Source: Isorropodon fossajaponicum endosymbiont JTNG4
GTDB taxonomy: Bacteria; Pseudomonadota; Gammaproteobacteria; PS1; Pseudothioglobaceae
NCBI RefSeq assembly: GCF_016592615.1
Contig: NZ_AP013043.1
Coordinates: forward strand, 1,140,001-1,172,000
DNA length: 32,000 bases
Direction: 5' to 3'
The notes under the pieces are model-generated. The model searched no databases, was not told the origin of the DNA, and saw only the letters and a program-made list of their open reading frames with translations. This document shows, piece by piece, positions 20,856 to 28,584 of this stretch. The translations under genes and the position numbers were made by a program. How positions within the stretch are numbered: the first letter of the stretch is position 1; every line of letters starts with the position of its first letter.

Positions 20856-20987
20856 TTATGCCGTTTGAGTGGTATTTGGCAAGATTAATAATGACGATTT
20901 AACACGTTCCAATTCGCCCATCTTGCCACAAGCAGAAATACCAACAACAATAAAGGCTAATACTATAAATTTGATTATTTTTTCCAT
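20856..20987 (-). CDS. lptM: small lipoprotein, LptM (YifL)-like, 43 aa
   Basis: Below the ORF-track cutoff. MEKIIKFIVLAFIVVGISACGKMGELERVKSSLLILPNTTQTA* has a signal peptide plus lipobox (ISAC) followed by the CGxxGxL pattern. It lies immediately upstream of lysA, a position where small YifL-type lipoprotein genes are commonly found. Confidence 0.6.
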   Translation of the reverse strand: MEKIIKFIVLAFIVVGISACGKMGELERVKSSLLILPNTTQTA

Positions 20988-21030
20988 ACCGTCTCTTGAC
21001 CTGTTTTTTTATTTAAAAACAACACTTATT

Positions 21031-21690
21031 TTACAGCAATTCTTTTAATAGTTTAGTGAACACACGACGCCGTATATTAAAAGCACCTAAACTTTTTAAA
21101 TGCGGATTCTCAACTTGGCAATCAACTAATTTATAAGGCATATTTATGAGCAAATACACAAAAGCAATTTTAGAAGCGTCTCGTACTAATGAAAACATAG
21201 ACTCACCAAAAAACACCTGCCCTAAAGCAACGCCATAAAGCCTGTCTACCAATTTAGAATCTTCATACACCTCAACCGAATGTGCAAATCCTTGTGAGTG
21301 GAATTCAGTATAAGCATGTGCCATATCATTATCAATCCGGGTGCTGTCTTGATTTTTACGCTGAATGGTTTTACAATGGTGAATCACACGTTCAAAGTTT
21401 GTATTGACTTTAACCTCAAACTTATCAGAACGAATCGTTTTATTAAGGCTTTTTGAAATATGAAGCCGCTCTAAAGTAATCACCATTCTTGGATCTGGAG
21501 AATGCCAAAGCACTGGCTCTGACTTACCATACCAAGGGAAAATTCCCTGTCGATACGCACTCAAAAGTCGGCTGGTTGTTAATTCACCACCCAATGCGAT
21601 TAGCCCATTGGGCTCTTTTAACGCCAGCTCAACATCTGCAAAAGGAGTATCAACAGATGACAAAACAAAATTCTTAGGTATTTCAATCAC
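21031..21690 (-). CDS. aat: leucyl/phenylalanyl-tRNA--protein transferase
   Basis: 219 aa with AYRQGIFPWY, AHSVEVY, and YGVALGQVFFGESMFS. Confidence 0.88.
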   Translation of the reverse strand: MIEIPKNFVLSSVDTPFADVELALKEPNGLIALGGELTTSRLLSAYRQGIFPWYGKSEPVLWHSPDPRMVITLERLHISKSLNKTIRSDKFEVKVNTNFERVIHHCKTIQRKNQDSTRIDNDMAHAYTEFHSQGFAHSVEVYEDSKLVDRLYGVALGQVFFGESMFSLVRDASKIAFVYLLINMPYKLVDCQVENPHLKSLGAFNIRRRVFTKLLKELL

Positions 21691-21837
21691 TGGAACGTCA
21701 TATCAACTAGATGTAGTTTAGGGAATATAAAAAATGATTGTTATTTGATAGTCATCAAAAGATGTTGCCTAAGGCATCAGTGTGCGTTAGTGCGTCTTTA
21801 TCAATTCTGCTGGTAAGTTGGTTGGTGACGTTGTACA

Positions 21838-22241
21838 TCATATCGCCTGCATGTGTTTTAAAGGTTGGGTTGTTTTGGGTATCATAATGATAATATTTTT
21901 GGGTGTTATAACTGTTCTTTGATAATAATCTGCCCGTTTGTTATATATCTGTGGGACATTTATTTTTCTTTGTGGGGTGTAGTAACAATGCCAATATCTG
22001 TTTTGCCTTCTGCAAGAACCTTTCCAGTTTTTACTGGTACAGTCGGTGTTTCTGTAGTGATGCTTACCATTAACTGTTTTCACGTAAGTTAATGTTGCAT
22101 TGCCAAATTTTCTGTAGTAGTAATTGGCTTTGGCTCGATAACTATTGGCTAGTCTTTGGTAATTTTGATAATACTGATAATACTGATAATATCTATCCGA
22201 ATAATAATCTAGTCTATCGGCATAATTTTCATAACTATTAC
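21838..22241 (-). CDS. Tyr-rich basic hypothetical protein, 5'-truncated by IS insertion
   Basis: This is the only open frame: ...NSYENYADRLDYYSDRYYQYYQYYQNYQRLANSYRAKANYYYRKFGNATLTYVKTVNGKHHYRNTDCTSKNWKGSCRRQNRYWHCYYTPQRK.... The first 17 codons of the ORF-track call (to 22293) are IS type-A left-end sequence. Confidence 0.4.
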
Positions 22242-22306
22242 TGCAATAGTCTAATTTTATTGGACACAAAGATAGCCTTATAATACAAACCATAAGGAGG
22301 TCAGTA

Positions 22307-22658
22307 ATGACACAATATAAATCAAGAAAACAACGAGTGACTTTTACCGTTGAACATTCTGTTCAATACCCCCTTGAGGGGGGAACACTAGATTATGCCA
22401 AACTCATGGTGCATGAGAATTACACCAATAAAAAAAATCATGATAATATCAGGAGCTTGCTCCTCAGCAGTTAGCAGATGGAGAAAACAATACCTAGCAG
22501 AGCTTGGTGGACAAACACCAGAGTCAGGCAAAGCGCTGACTTCTGAACAACAAACAATACAACTGCTTGAGAAACAACTTTGGCGCGCACAAAGGGACAA
22601 TGAAATCTTAAAAAAGGCAACAGCCTTGTTCGCTGTGGACAATCACCAAGTGATATGA
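22307..22658 (+). pseudogene. type-A IS orfA, frameshifted (A8 at 22430-22437)
   Basis: Identical to 30015-30365 except for A8 versus A7 and a G/A change, so the N-terminal 40 codons are out of frame with the HTH/leucine-zipper part. Confidence 0.75.
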
Positions 22659-22783
22659 TTATCAAGATAAACAAGGCTTGCCAACAATACAATACTAAAG
22701 AATTATGAGCATTACTCAAACTTCCTCACAGTAGTTATTACTATCAAGTCAAAGATAAGCGAGTAAACAACAACACCAACGCT

Positions 22784-23512
22784 ATGATTAAATTAATCAA
22801 ACAAACTGCTATTGAAGTTGGATACACCTATGGCAAACGCAGAATGCGAGTAGTTTTGAATAACCAAGGTTATAACATTGGTATTTACCAAACTGCAACG
22901 CTAATGAAAAAAGCCAATGTAGTTGCCATACGCCCAAGAAAGCGTCATTATTACCCTAATACTAGATTGATGTTTAAAAAGGCAAAAAACCTATTAAATC
23001 GTGTGTTTGAGCAGCAATCAATTAATACGCATTGGGTTGGTGATATTACCTATATCAAAACCTATCAAGGTGGGAGTTATTTAGCCAGTGTGTTGGATTT
23101 AGGCTCAAGACAAGTTGTTGGTTGGGCATTGTCAAAACAGCCTAATGCTCAGTTGGCAAAGGATGCGCTTAGTAATGCTGTGTCTAGACACCAGCCCAAT
23201 ACAAATAAACACATGTTTCACTCTGATCAAGGGACTCAATACTCTTCTAAAGTTTTTATTGATTATTGCAACAAGAACAACATTACTCAAAGCATGAGCA
23301 GGCGAGGTAATTGTTGGGATAATGCGGTCATGGAGCGTTTCTTTAGAAGTCTGAAGACTGAGAGATTAAATTATCAAAGTTTTGCAAATCATAGTGAAGT
23401 CGTGCAAAATGTAGAGGGTTATATCTACTTGTATAATTACAAAAGGATTCATTCAGCGATTGGGTATTTAACACCTGCTCAAAAGATGGCTGAATTGAAA
23501 AAAGCGGCTTGA
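22784..23512 (+). CDS. type-A IS orfB (DDE transposase catalytic part), ORF intact
   Basis: 242 aa with DDE-region motifs. An in-frame TGA at 22706-22708 separates it from the frameshift site, so an OrfAB fusion cannot be made as written. Confidence 0.8.
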   Translation: MIKLIKQTAIEVGYTYGKRRMRVVLNNQGYNIGIYQTATLMKKANVVAIRPRKRHYYPNTRLMFKKAKNLLNRVFEQQSINTHWVGDITYIKTYQGGSYLASVLDLGSRQVVGWALSKQPNAQLAKDALSNAVSRHQPNTNKHMFHSDQGTQYSSKVFIDYCNKNNITQSMSRRGNCWDNAVMERFFRSLKTERLNYQSFANHSEVVQNVEGYIYLYNYKRIHSAIGYLTPAQKMAELKKAA

Positions 23513-23541
23513 AATGTGTCCAAGTAGGTTAGAGCATTGCA

Positions 23542-24449
23542 CACTCACCGAAACCCTACATTTCCCTAAATCATGCCTTCATTGTGAAGATCCGCCACTG
23601 AATCAAACGTTCTAATGATTGAATAACTCGTCTTGCTGGCATGGACAAGTCCACATCAATATTCAAGCCTTCCCGATTGTAATCATCGACAACATTAAAA
23701 GTTCTAATGTGCCTGCCATCAGTGAGTGAGTCTGACATAAAATCCATTGACCAAGTTTGGTTAATAGTTGTTGGCACACTCAGTGCTTCGGGTTTATCTC
23801 TTTTGATTCTTCTTCTTGGCTTGATTCTTAGATTGAGCTCCAGTTCTTGGTAAATGCGATACACTCGTTTATGGTTAAATTTGTAGTCTTTAACATTACG
23901 TAGATATAAATAGCACAGTTTAAAACCCCAACGCTTGTGCGTTGCGGTTAAGCGCAGTAGACAATCGGCAATTAAAGCATTGTCATCACTGAGTTTTGGT
24001 TGATAATAATAAGTGCTTTTACTAATGCTACAAACTTCGTAAATAAGTTTGATACTTGTGTTCTTATTTTGTTCATTGATGTTTAAAGCCATCCTCACGC
24101 CACTGGGATGGCTTTAGAACTTTTTTGCTAAGGCATCCTTTGTAATTTGCAGTTTCAACTCACTCTCAGCATACATACGCTTGAATTGAGCATTTTCTGA
24201 TTCTAGCTCTTTTAAGCGTTTAACCATAGAGACAAAATCTGTATCACCGTATTTAGATCTCCATTTGTAAAATGTGGCTTGAGACATTGCGTATTCACGG
24301 CATAGATCAGCCACAGATATGCCTGATTGGTTTTGTTTGAGTATGTTGACTATTTATGACTCTGTATATCTTGATTTTTTCATGTGAAAACTCCTTATTT
24401 TTTATTATAGAATTTTCTACTTTAGAATGGTGGTTTTTTGGGGTATTAC
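23542..24449 (-). mobile_element. 5' part of IS3/IS407-like element, type B, truncated by type-A copy 2 and internally decayed
   Basis: The left terminal repeat (complement of ctactttagaatggtggttttttggggtatta, 24416-24448) matches the type-B right end at 7400-7433. orfA is at 24114-24383 (MKKSRYTES*IVNILKQNQSGISVADLCREYAMSQATFYKWRSKYG...) with an in-frame TAA at 24354-24356. A slippery GCA_AAA_AAG lies near the orfA stop. The orfB N-part is at 23571-24098 (SKSTYYYQP..., HKRVYRIY, WSMDFMSD, TFNVVDDYNRE) but sits in the orfA frame, which implies an extra indel. Confidence 0.85.
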
Positions 24450-24454
24450 ATTAA

Positions 24455-24909
24455 CAAATTAAAGAAGTAGTGCCACGTCATTCATTGGTGCCATTAGTAA
24501 ACAATACAGGAGTAATTGCGGGCCCTGTTGGAGAGTTGGCAAAACTTTTAGCGGTTATGGCACTACTTAGTAGACAATTGATTTCAAAGAAATTAACTTT
24601 ATTTTATGTGGTGTTATGTACTTTAGGTTTTTCGATGATTGAAAATGTTTATTTTTTTTTGAAATATAGTGAAATTTTGTTTATAAGGGCGAATCCAGCC
24701 CATATGGTATTTTCTGCAATATGGGGTAGTGCCTTAGGCGCTTGGCTGACTAAAGAAAAAAGTTTTTCGTATTTTTTATTTGCGTTGTTTCTGGGTAGGG
24801 GCTACATGCAAGTTGGAATTTATTTGCAATAAAAAATACAACGTTTCATATTTATCTGTTTATTGCAGTACCTTGGATTGGTCTTAGCTTTATTAAAAAT
24901 CAACTTTAA
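24455..24909 (+). pseudogene. PrsW-family intramembrane protease, 5'-truncated by type-B IS and frameshifted
   Basis: Motifs appear in order: GPVGELAKL (EExxK-like), LGFSMIENVYF, RANPAHMVFSAIWG, and then, after a frame change near 24800-24812, GLHASWNLFAIKN...IKNQL*. Confidence 0.6.
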
Positions 24910-25352
24910 ATTTATACATTGCTTCATTAAATTGGTGATATTTCATTTCTTCATCAGCTACAAATAAAAAACATCATATTTATTTAGTAATTGTCTCACT
25001 ATATTTTGATTAATGTTGTATTTTTCTAATTTACCCGATATTCCAACATTTTTATTTAGCTTGTTGGCAATATAGCGGGCTGATGCAAAGTGATGAGAGC
25101 CACCACTATTCATAAGAAATATCCGTTTATCCCAGCTATAAGCCTCCAAAAGAATCATGGTCATGGTGGTGAATAATTCTTATTTCATCATGTGCTAAAT
25201 TTTCATTTAGTTTTTCTGTGGTAATAGGGGCTATCATTTCTTTAGAATTTGTTTTACCATGTCATCTAAATTTATAAAATCTTCAAGTTTAGATTTAGAA
25301 GCAAAAAGACCACTAACATTTTGTATATCGCAAATATAATTTCTTTCAATCT
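24893..25352 (-). pseudogene. unknown protein remnant, at least three frame disruptions
   Basis: Pieces in three frames read collinearly: ERNYICDIQNVSGLFASKSKLEDFINLDDMVKQILKK | MIAPITTEKLNENLAHDEIRIIHHHDHDSFGGL | AYSWDKRIFLMNSGGSHHFASARYIANKLNKNVGISGKLEKYNINQNIVRQLLNKYDVF | FLFVADEEMKYHQFNEAMYKFKVDF*. No family was recognised. Confidence 0.4.
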
Positions 25353-25432
25353 TGCAACCCTAGAACCCGTGAGGAGGATTTTGAAAAAATACCTCCTTCA
25401 AACCTCCTAAATTTTTGATAAACAGAGATAAG

Positions 25433-25799
25433 TCAGCTTTGCTTTTGACTGTGAGAGTCTGTAGTTTTCTGTGATTTTTCTCTACTTGATTTCATTTCTT
25501 GTTGGCGTTTGTTTTTCACAAACTCGATCAATTCACCTTGATTAATAAGGCCTTGCTCTTTAGCTTGTTTTATTTCATCAAGACTGATTTTATCAGTTGC
25601 CATATTTAGGCTGTTTTGCATAATTTTCCGGGCTTGTTCTATCTCTTGCTTTTCACCAAGAGTATCGACCACTTTTTATCATCTGAAAATTTAACACTAG
25701 CTTCTGCATTAAAATAGTCTTTGGCAACAGATTTATAAGCAGACACACGCTCAAATAAAGAATCATCTTTAGGGGTAAAGATATGAGCGTTATTAGACA
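25433..25799 (-). pseudogene. unknown charged ~121-aa protein, one frameshift
   Basis: MSNNAHIFTPKDDSLFERVSAYKSVAKDYFNAEASVKFSDDKK joins (V)VDTLGEKQEIEQARKIMQNSLNMATDKISLDEIKQAKEQGLINQGELIEFVKNKRQQEMK... across a T5/A5 run at 25674-25678. Confidence 0.45.
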
Positions 25800-25864
25800 T
25801 GTTAAAATTATAAGCCAGTAGTTTTATTAAAAAACTAATTTTACACCATGCTAATATACTTACT

Positions 25865-26303
25865 TTGAATACTCAACAACCGCCCTATACAGAAGAATTA
25901 AAGCATATTGCAGATAGTATGGGCATCTCTCTGTATCAAAGGCTTACTATAGCAGAAGCATCGCTATTTTTACGCATATCAGTAGCAGAGCTTAGAAAAA
26001 TTTTAAAGCAGGGAAAACTTAACCATACAGAGATAACAGAAAAAAATTATGAATTTTTTGGTTATCAACTATTAGAATTTTTATTAAGTACCACTACCAA
26101 AAATAAAATTAAGCCAATTATTCCTGGAAAAACACCTGATAGAATTATATAGAGCTAAAGAAGTGCAAAATATGACAGGGCTATCAAGAACGACTTTATG
26201 GCGATTAGAGAATAAAGGTGAGTTTCCTTATCGGGTAAGCCTTGGTGGAAACAGTGTAGGTTGGAAACTTAGCGAAATAAAAGGGTGGATTGATGAAAGA
26301 TAG
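25865..26303 (+). pseudogene. tandem helix-turn-helix regulator, second module AlpA-like (prophage/integrative-element type), one frameshift
   Basis: The first module is LTIAEASLFLRISVAELRKILKQGKL. After ...PDRII a 1-nt shift near 26145-26152 leads into RAKEVQNMTGLSRTTLWRLENKGEFPYRVSLGGNSVGWKLSEIKGWIDER*, the AlpA/excisionase-type pattern. Confidence 0.6.
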
Positions 26304-26354
26304 AGAAAATTTAATGTGTATACATACTGGTATGCATTTTTAAATAAGAAAATA

Positions 26355-26390
26355 AAAAACCCTTTAGAAGTCTTTTTTTAAAGGGTTTTT
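26355..26390. terminator. bidirectional terminator between convergent genes
   Basis: aaaaacccttta-N12-taaagggttttt, placed between the AlpA-like gene (+) and the transferase gene (-). Confidence 0.65.
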
Positions 26391-26557
26391 GTGTATAAAA
26401 ACGGTGGAGATGGGGATTTTATACTCGATAACGAGAGAATCTGCAAATGAGGCTTGTTGTGTGTCCTTCTAGGACATTCTTAAGAATTTTTTGTTGGTTG
26501 TTTAGATGGTTTCTATTTTACTGGTTTGGGTTGATTTATGCAAAGGTCTCATTTAAA

Positions 26558-27331
26558 CTAATTAACGGACTTCTTAAGTATTTTTTCTAAATTTGCATAT
26601 TCAAATATATCAAGCAAAGATGTGTTTGAGCAATTATAGATTTTATTTTTTTCTAACAACATTTGGTACTGTTTAAATATTTTTCCAGTAGCTGCAAATG
26701 TATGTTGATTGTATGACTTACCTTTCATGGTTCTTGAAATTTCATTTTTTTGATGAAGCCCCTCTTTGTAAAACCTCCATTGATTTCCCTGATTGCATAC
26801 ATAATTATGATCTATTCCTAATAAGTATATCTCATCAAAGCCCATATAGATAGCACTTATTAAGGCATAAATACTGATAGTGTTTGCATTCCATATCATA
26901 TTTGTCATCTTTATATCTTTTTTATTAAAACTGTAATATTCACCTGTATTGATTCCTGTGTAATACCAATTCACTTGATGGTTGTTAAAAAGTTCGTATT
27001 TATTGAGTATATATCTTGTATTATTTTTGTAAGTGTTAAGTCCAAATAGTATTTTTGTATGTTTAGGTATATATTGTTCCATATCTTCAAACCAATCTTT
27101 CCATTCTTGCTCTGTTTGTGGTAAATGAATTGGTGCTGTCATATAATATTTTTCAACATCACCACTCATTATTTCTTGAAAGTCTGGATGAACATAAAAG
27201 TTATTTAAAGCGAAAACAATTTCATTTTTTAATACTTTTAAATTTTCTTGTTTTATGGATGGTCCACTACCCAAAAGAAAACATCTTTGTCCTTTATGTT
27301 TGTCCTCAAGTTCTATGTTTTTTGCGACCAA
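26558..27331 (-). CDS. putative nonulosonic-acid (sialyl) transferase, GT42/Cst-like
   Basis: 257 aa with an apparent TTG start. Motif-level match to Campylobacter Cst-II as I remember it: CFLLGSGPSIK vs IIAGNGPSLK; ALNNFY vs RCNQFY; ISIYALISAIYMGFDEIYLLGIDHNY vs SGVYMCAVAIALGYKEIYLSGIDFYQ; IYNCSNTSLL vs LYCLCPNSLL. It lies downstream of the CMP-sugar genes. Confidence 0.55.
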   Translation of the reverse strand: MVAKNIELEDKHKGQRCFLLGSGPSIKQENLKVLKNEIVFALNNFYVHPDFQEIMSGDVEKYYMTAPIHLPQTEQEWKDWFEDMEQYIPKHTKILFGLNTYKNNTRYILNKYELFNNHQVNWYYTGINTGEYYSFNKKDIKMTNMIWNANTISIYALISAIYMGFDEIYLLGIDHNYVCNQGNQWRFYKEGLHQKNEISRTMKGKSYNQHTFAATGKIFKQYQMLLEKNKIYNCSNTSLLDIFEYANLEKILKKSVN

Positions 27332-27420
27332 GTCCTTATATTTTTTTAAAAGAATTAGAGGTTCTTATGTTGTTTATTTTGCCTAATAAAATAGGTGGCA
27401 AGAATGATTTTATTTTATTT

Positions 27421-28584
27421 TTAGTTACCATTATTTTTCTTTAAAATAATTTCAATAAATTCTCTTACTGCGCCATAGCCACCAGTTCTTTTAAGTTGGA
27501 TAATATTTGGTATGCATTTTATTTCATCTACTGCATTTTTTGGACAGGCAGATACAGATACTTTTTCTAGCAATTCCCTATCATTAATATCATCACCAGC
27601 ATAAGCAACTTCATCGAGCGTTATATTTTCCATTTTACAAATTTCCTTAACAACTTGTAATTTCTCACCATGCTCAACATCTTGATATAAATAATCCACT
27701 TTTAACTTTCTTGCTCTGTTTTCCACTATTTTTGTCTTCTCACTAGTGATAATACCTGTCTTGATACCAACATTCTTTAATAACTCAAAACCCTTTCCAT
27801 CATGTGTATTAAATTTTTTAAATTCTTCACCATTCTCTCCATAATACATACCCGCATCAGTTAGCGTGCCATCCACATCACTTAAAAACAATTTTATTTT
27901 ATTTTTAGGCTTTTGGTAGTCAGCATATTTTTTCATTAATTGTTCCGCAATAAGCCAATCATCCGGCTCGTCCAATTCAAGCATTGTATGTTCTAGCATT
28001 TCATAAATTTCAATCTTGCCACTTAACCTATTCTTATATTTTTTTACATTGCCAACAGAGCTAATATAAATTGCGCCATTTTCTATCAAGTTGCCAGAAA
28101 AATCTTGCCTTTTAGGACGGTATTGATAGTTGTAATTTAGTGCTTTTCCGTTTTTATCCCATAAAAATCTTTTAAAAACCGCGCATGACAACAGACTATC
28201 TGCGTTAGATTTTTGCAGCTTGTCAATTGATAGGTCAATATCTTCTGCCGTTGTAAATGGAGAGGTTGCTTGAATTAATAAAAATAAATCATCATTGGAA
28301 AAATCTTTTTTATCTAAAAATTCAAGCATCACATCTTCTGTTGAGGCCGAATTAGAAGCATTTCCCTTGTCCCTGTCATAAAGACTAACTTTAGAAAAAT
28401 TAAAATGACTCACAGCTGATTTTATCTCTTTACAATCTGTAGCTACATACACTTTATCAATATGCTTAGAATTAACAACTGCAAGTAGAGCCCAATATAT
28501 TAAAGGCTTGCCATTCAATTCTTTAATATTTTTAAAGGCTACTGACTGACTACCACACCTAACTGGAATAAATGCTATATTCAT
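27421..28584 (-). CDS. neuA: bifunctional CMP-nonulosonate synthetase (NeuA-type cytidylyltransferase) / KdsC-type HAD phosphatase
   Basis: 387 aa. The N-domain has IAFIPVRCGSQSVAFKNIKELNGKPLIYWAL, LIQATSPF and RPKRQDF...ENGAIY. The C-domain has LFLSDVDGTLTD (DxDxT), HDGKGFELLKNVGIKTGIITSEKT and YAGDDINDRELL. Its ATG overlaps the upstream stop (ATGA at 28581-28584). Confidence 0.85.
   Translation of the reverse strand: MNIAFIPVRCGSQSVAFKNIKELNGKPLIYWALLAVVNSKHIDKVYVATDCKEIKSAVSHFNFSKVSLYDRDKGNASNSASTEDVMLEFLDKKDFSNDDLFLLIQATSPFTTAEDIDLSIDKLQKSNADSLLSCAVFKRFLWDKNGKALNYNYQYRPKRQDFSGNLIENGAIYISSVGNVKKYKNRLSGKIEIYEMLEHTMLELDEPDDWLIAEQLMKKYADYQKPKNKIKLFLSDVDGTLTDAGMYYGENGEEFKKFNTHDGKGFELLKNVGIKTGIITSEKTKIVENRARKLKVDYLYQDVEHGEKLQVVKEICKMENITLDEVAYAGDDINDRELLEKVSVSACPKNAVDEIKCIPNIIQLKRTGGYGAVREFIEIILKKNNGN

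Larger units (their letters stand above)
22242..23541 (+). mobile_element. IS3-family insertion sequence, type A, copy 2 (1300 bp, full length)
   Basis: Same terminal repeats as copy 1. The slippery A_AAA_AAG is at 22610-22616 and orfB is in the -1 frame. Flanks are tac / cac, with no clean target duplication. Confidence 0.9.

Noticed and set aside
22169-22195. Tandem 9-bp repeat, considered as a possible CRISPR or VNTR.
   Set aside because: There are only about three units with no spacers, and it encodes the YYQ repeat of the Tyr-rich ORF. No CRISPR-like array exists anywhere in the window.
21838-22293. Full 151-aa ORF-track call, including MVCIIRLSLCPIKLDYC.
   Set aside because: The N-terminal 17 residues are read from the type-A IS left inverted repeat. 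Only 21838-22241 belongs to the host gene.
25331-25432. ggagg...cctcc inverted repeats downstream of gene 25433-25799, considered as a terminator or riboswitch-like element.
   Set aside because: The stems are short and imperfect, the loop is long, and there is no U-tract, so support is insufficient.
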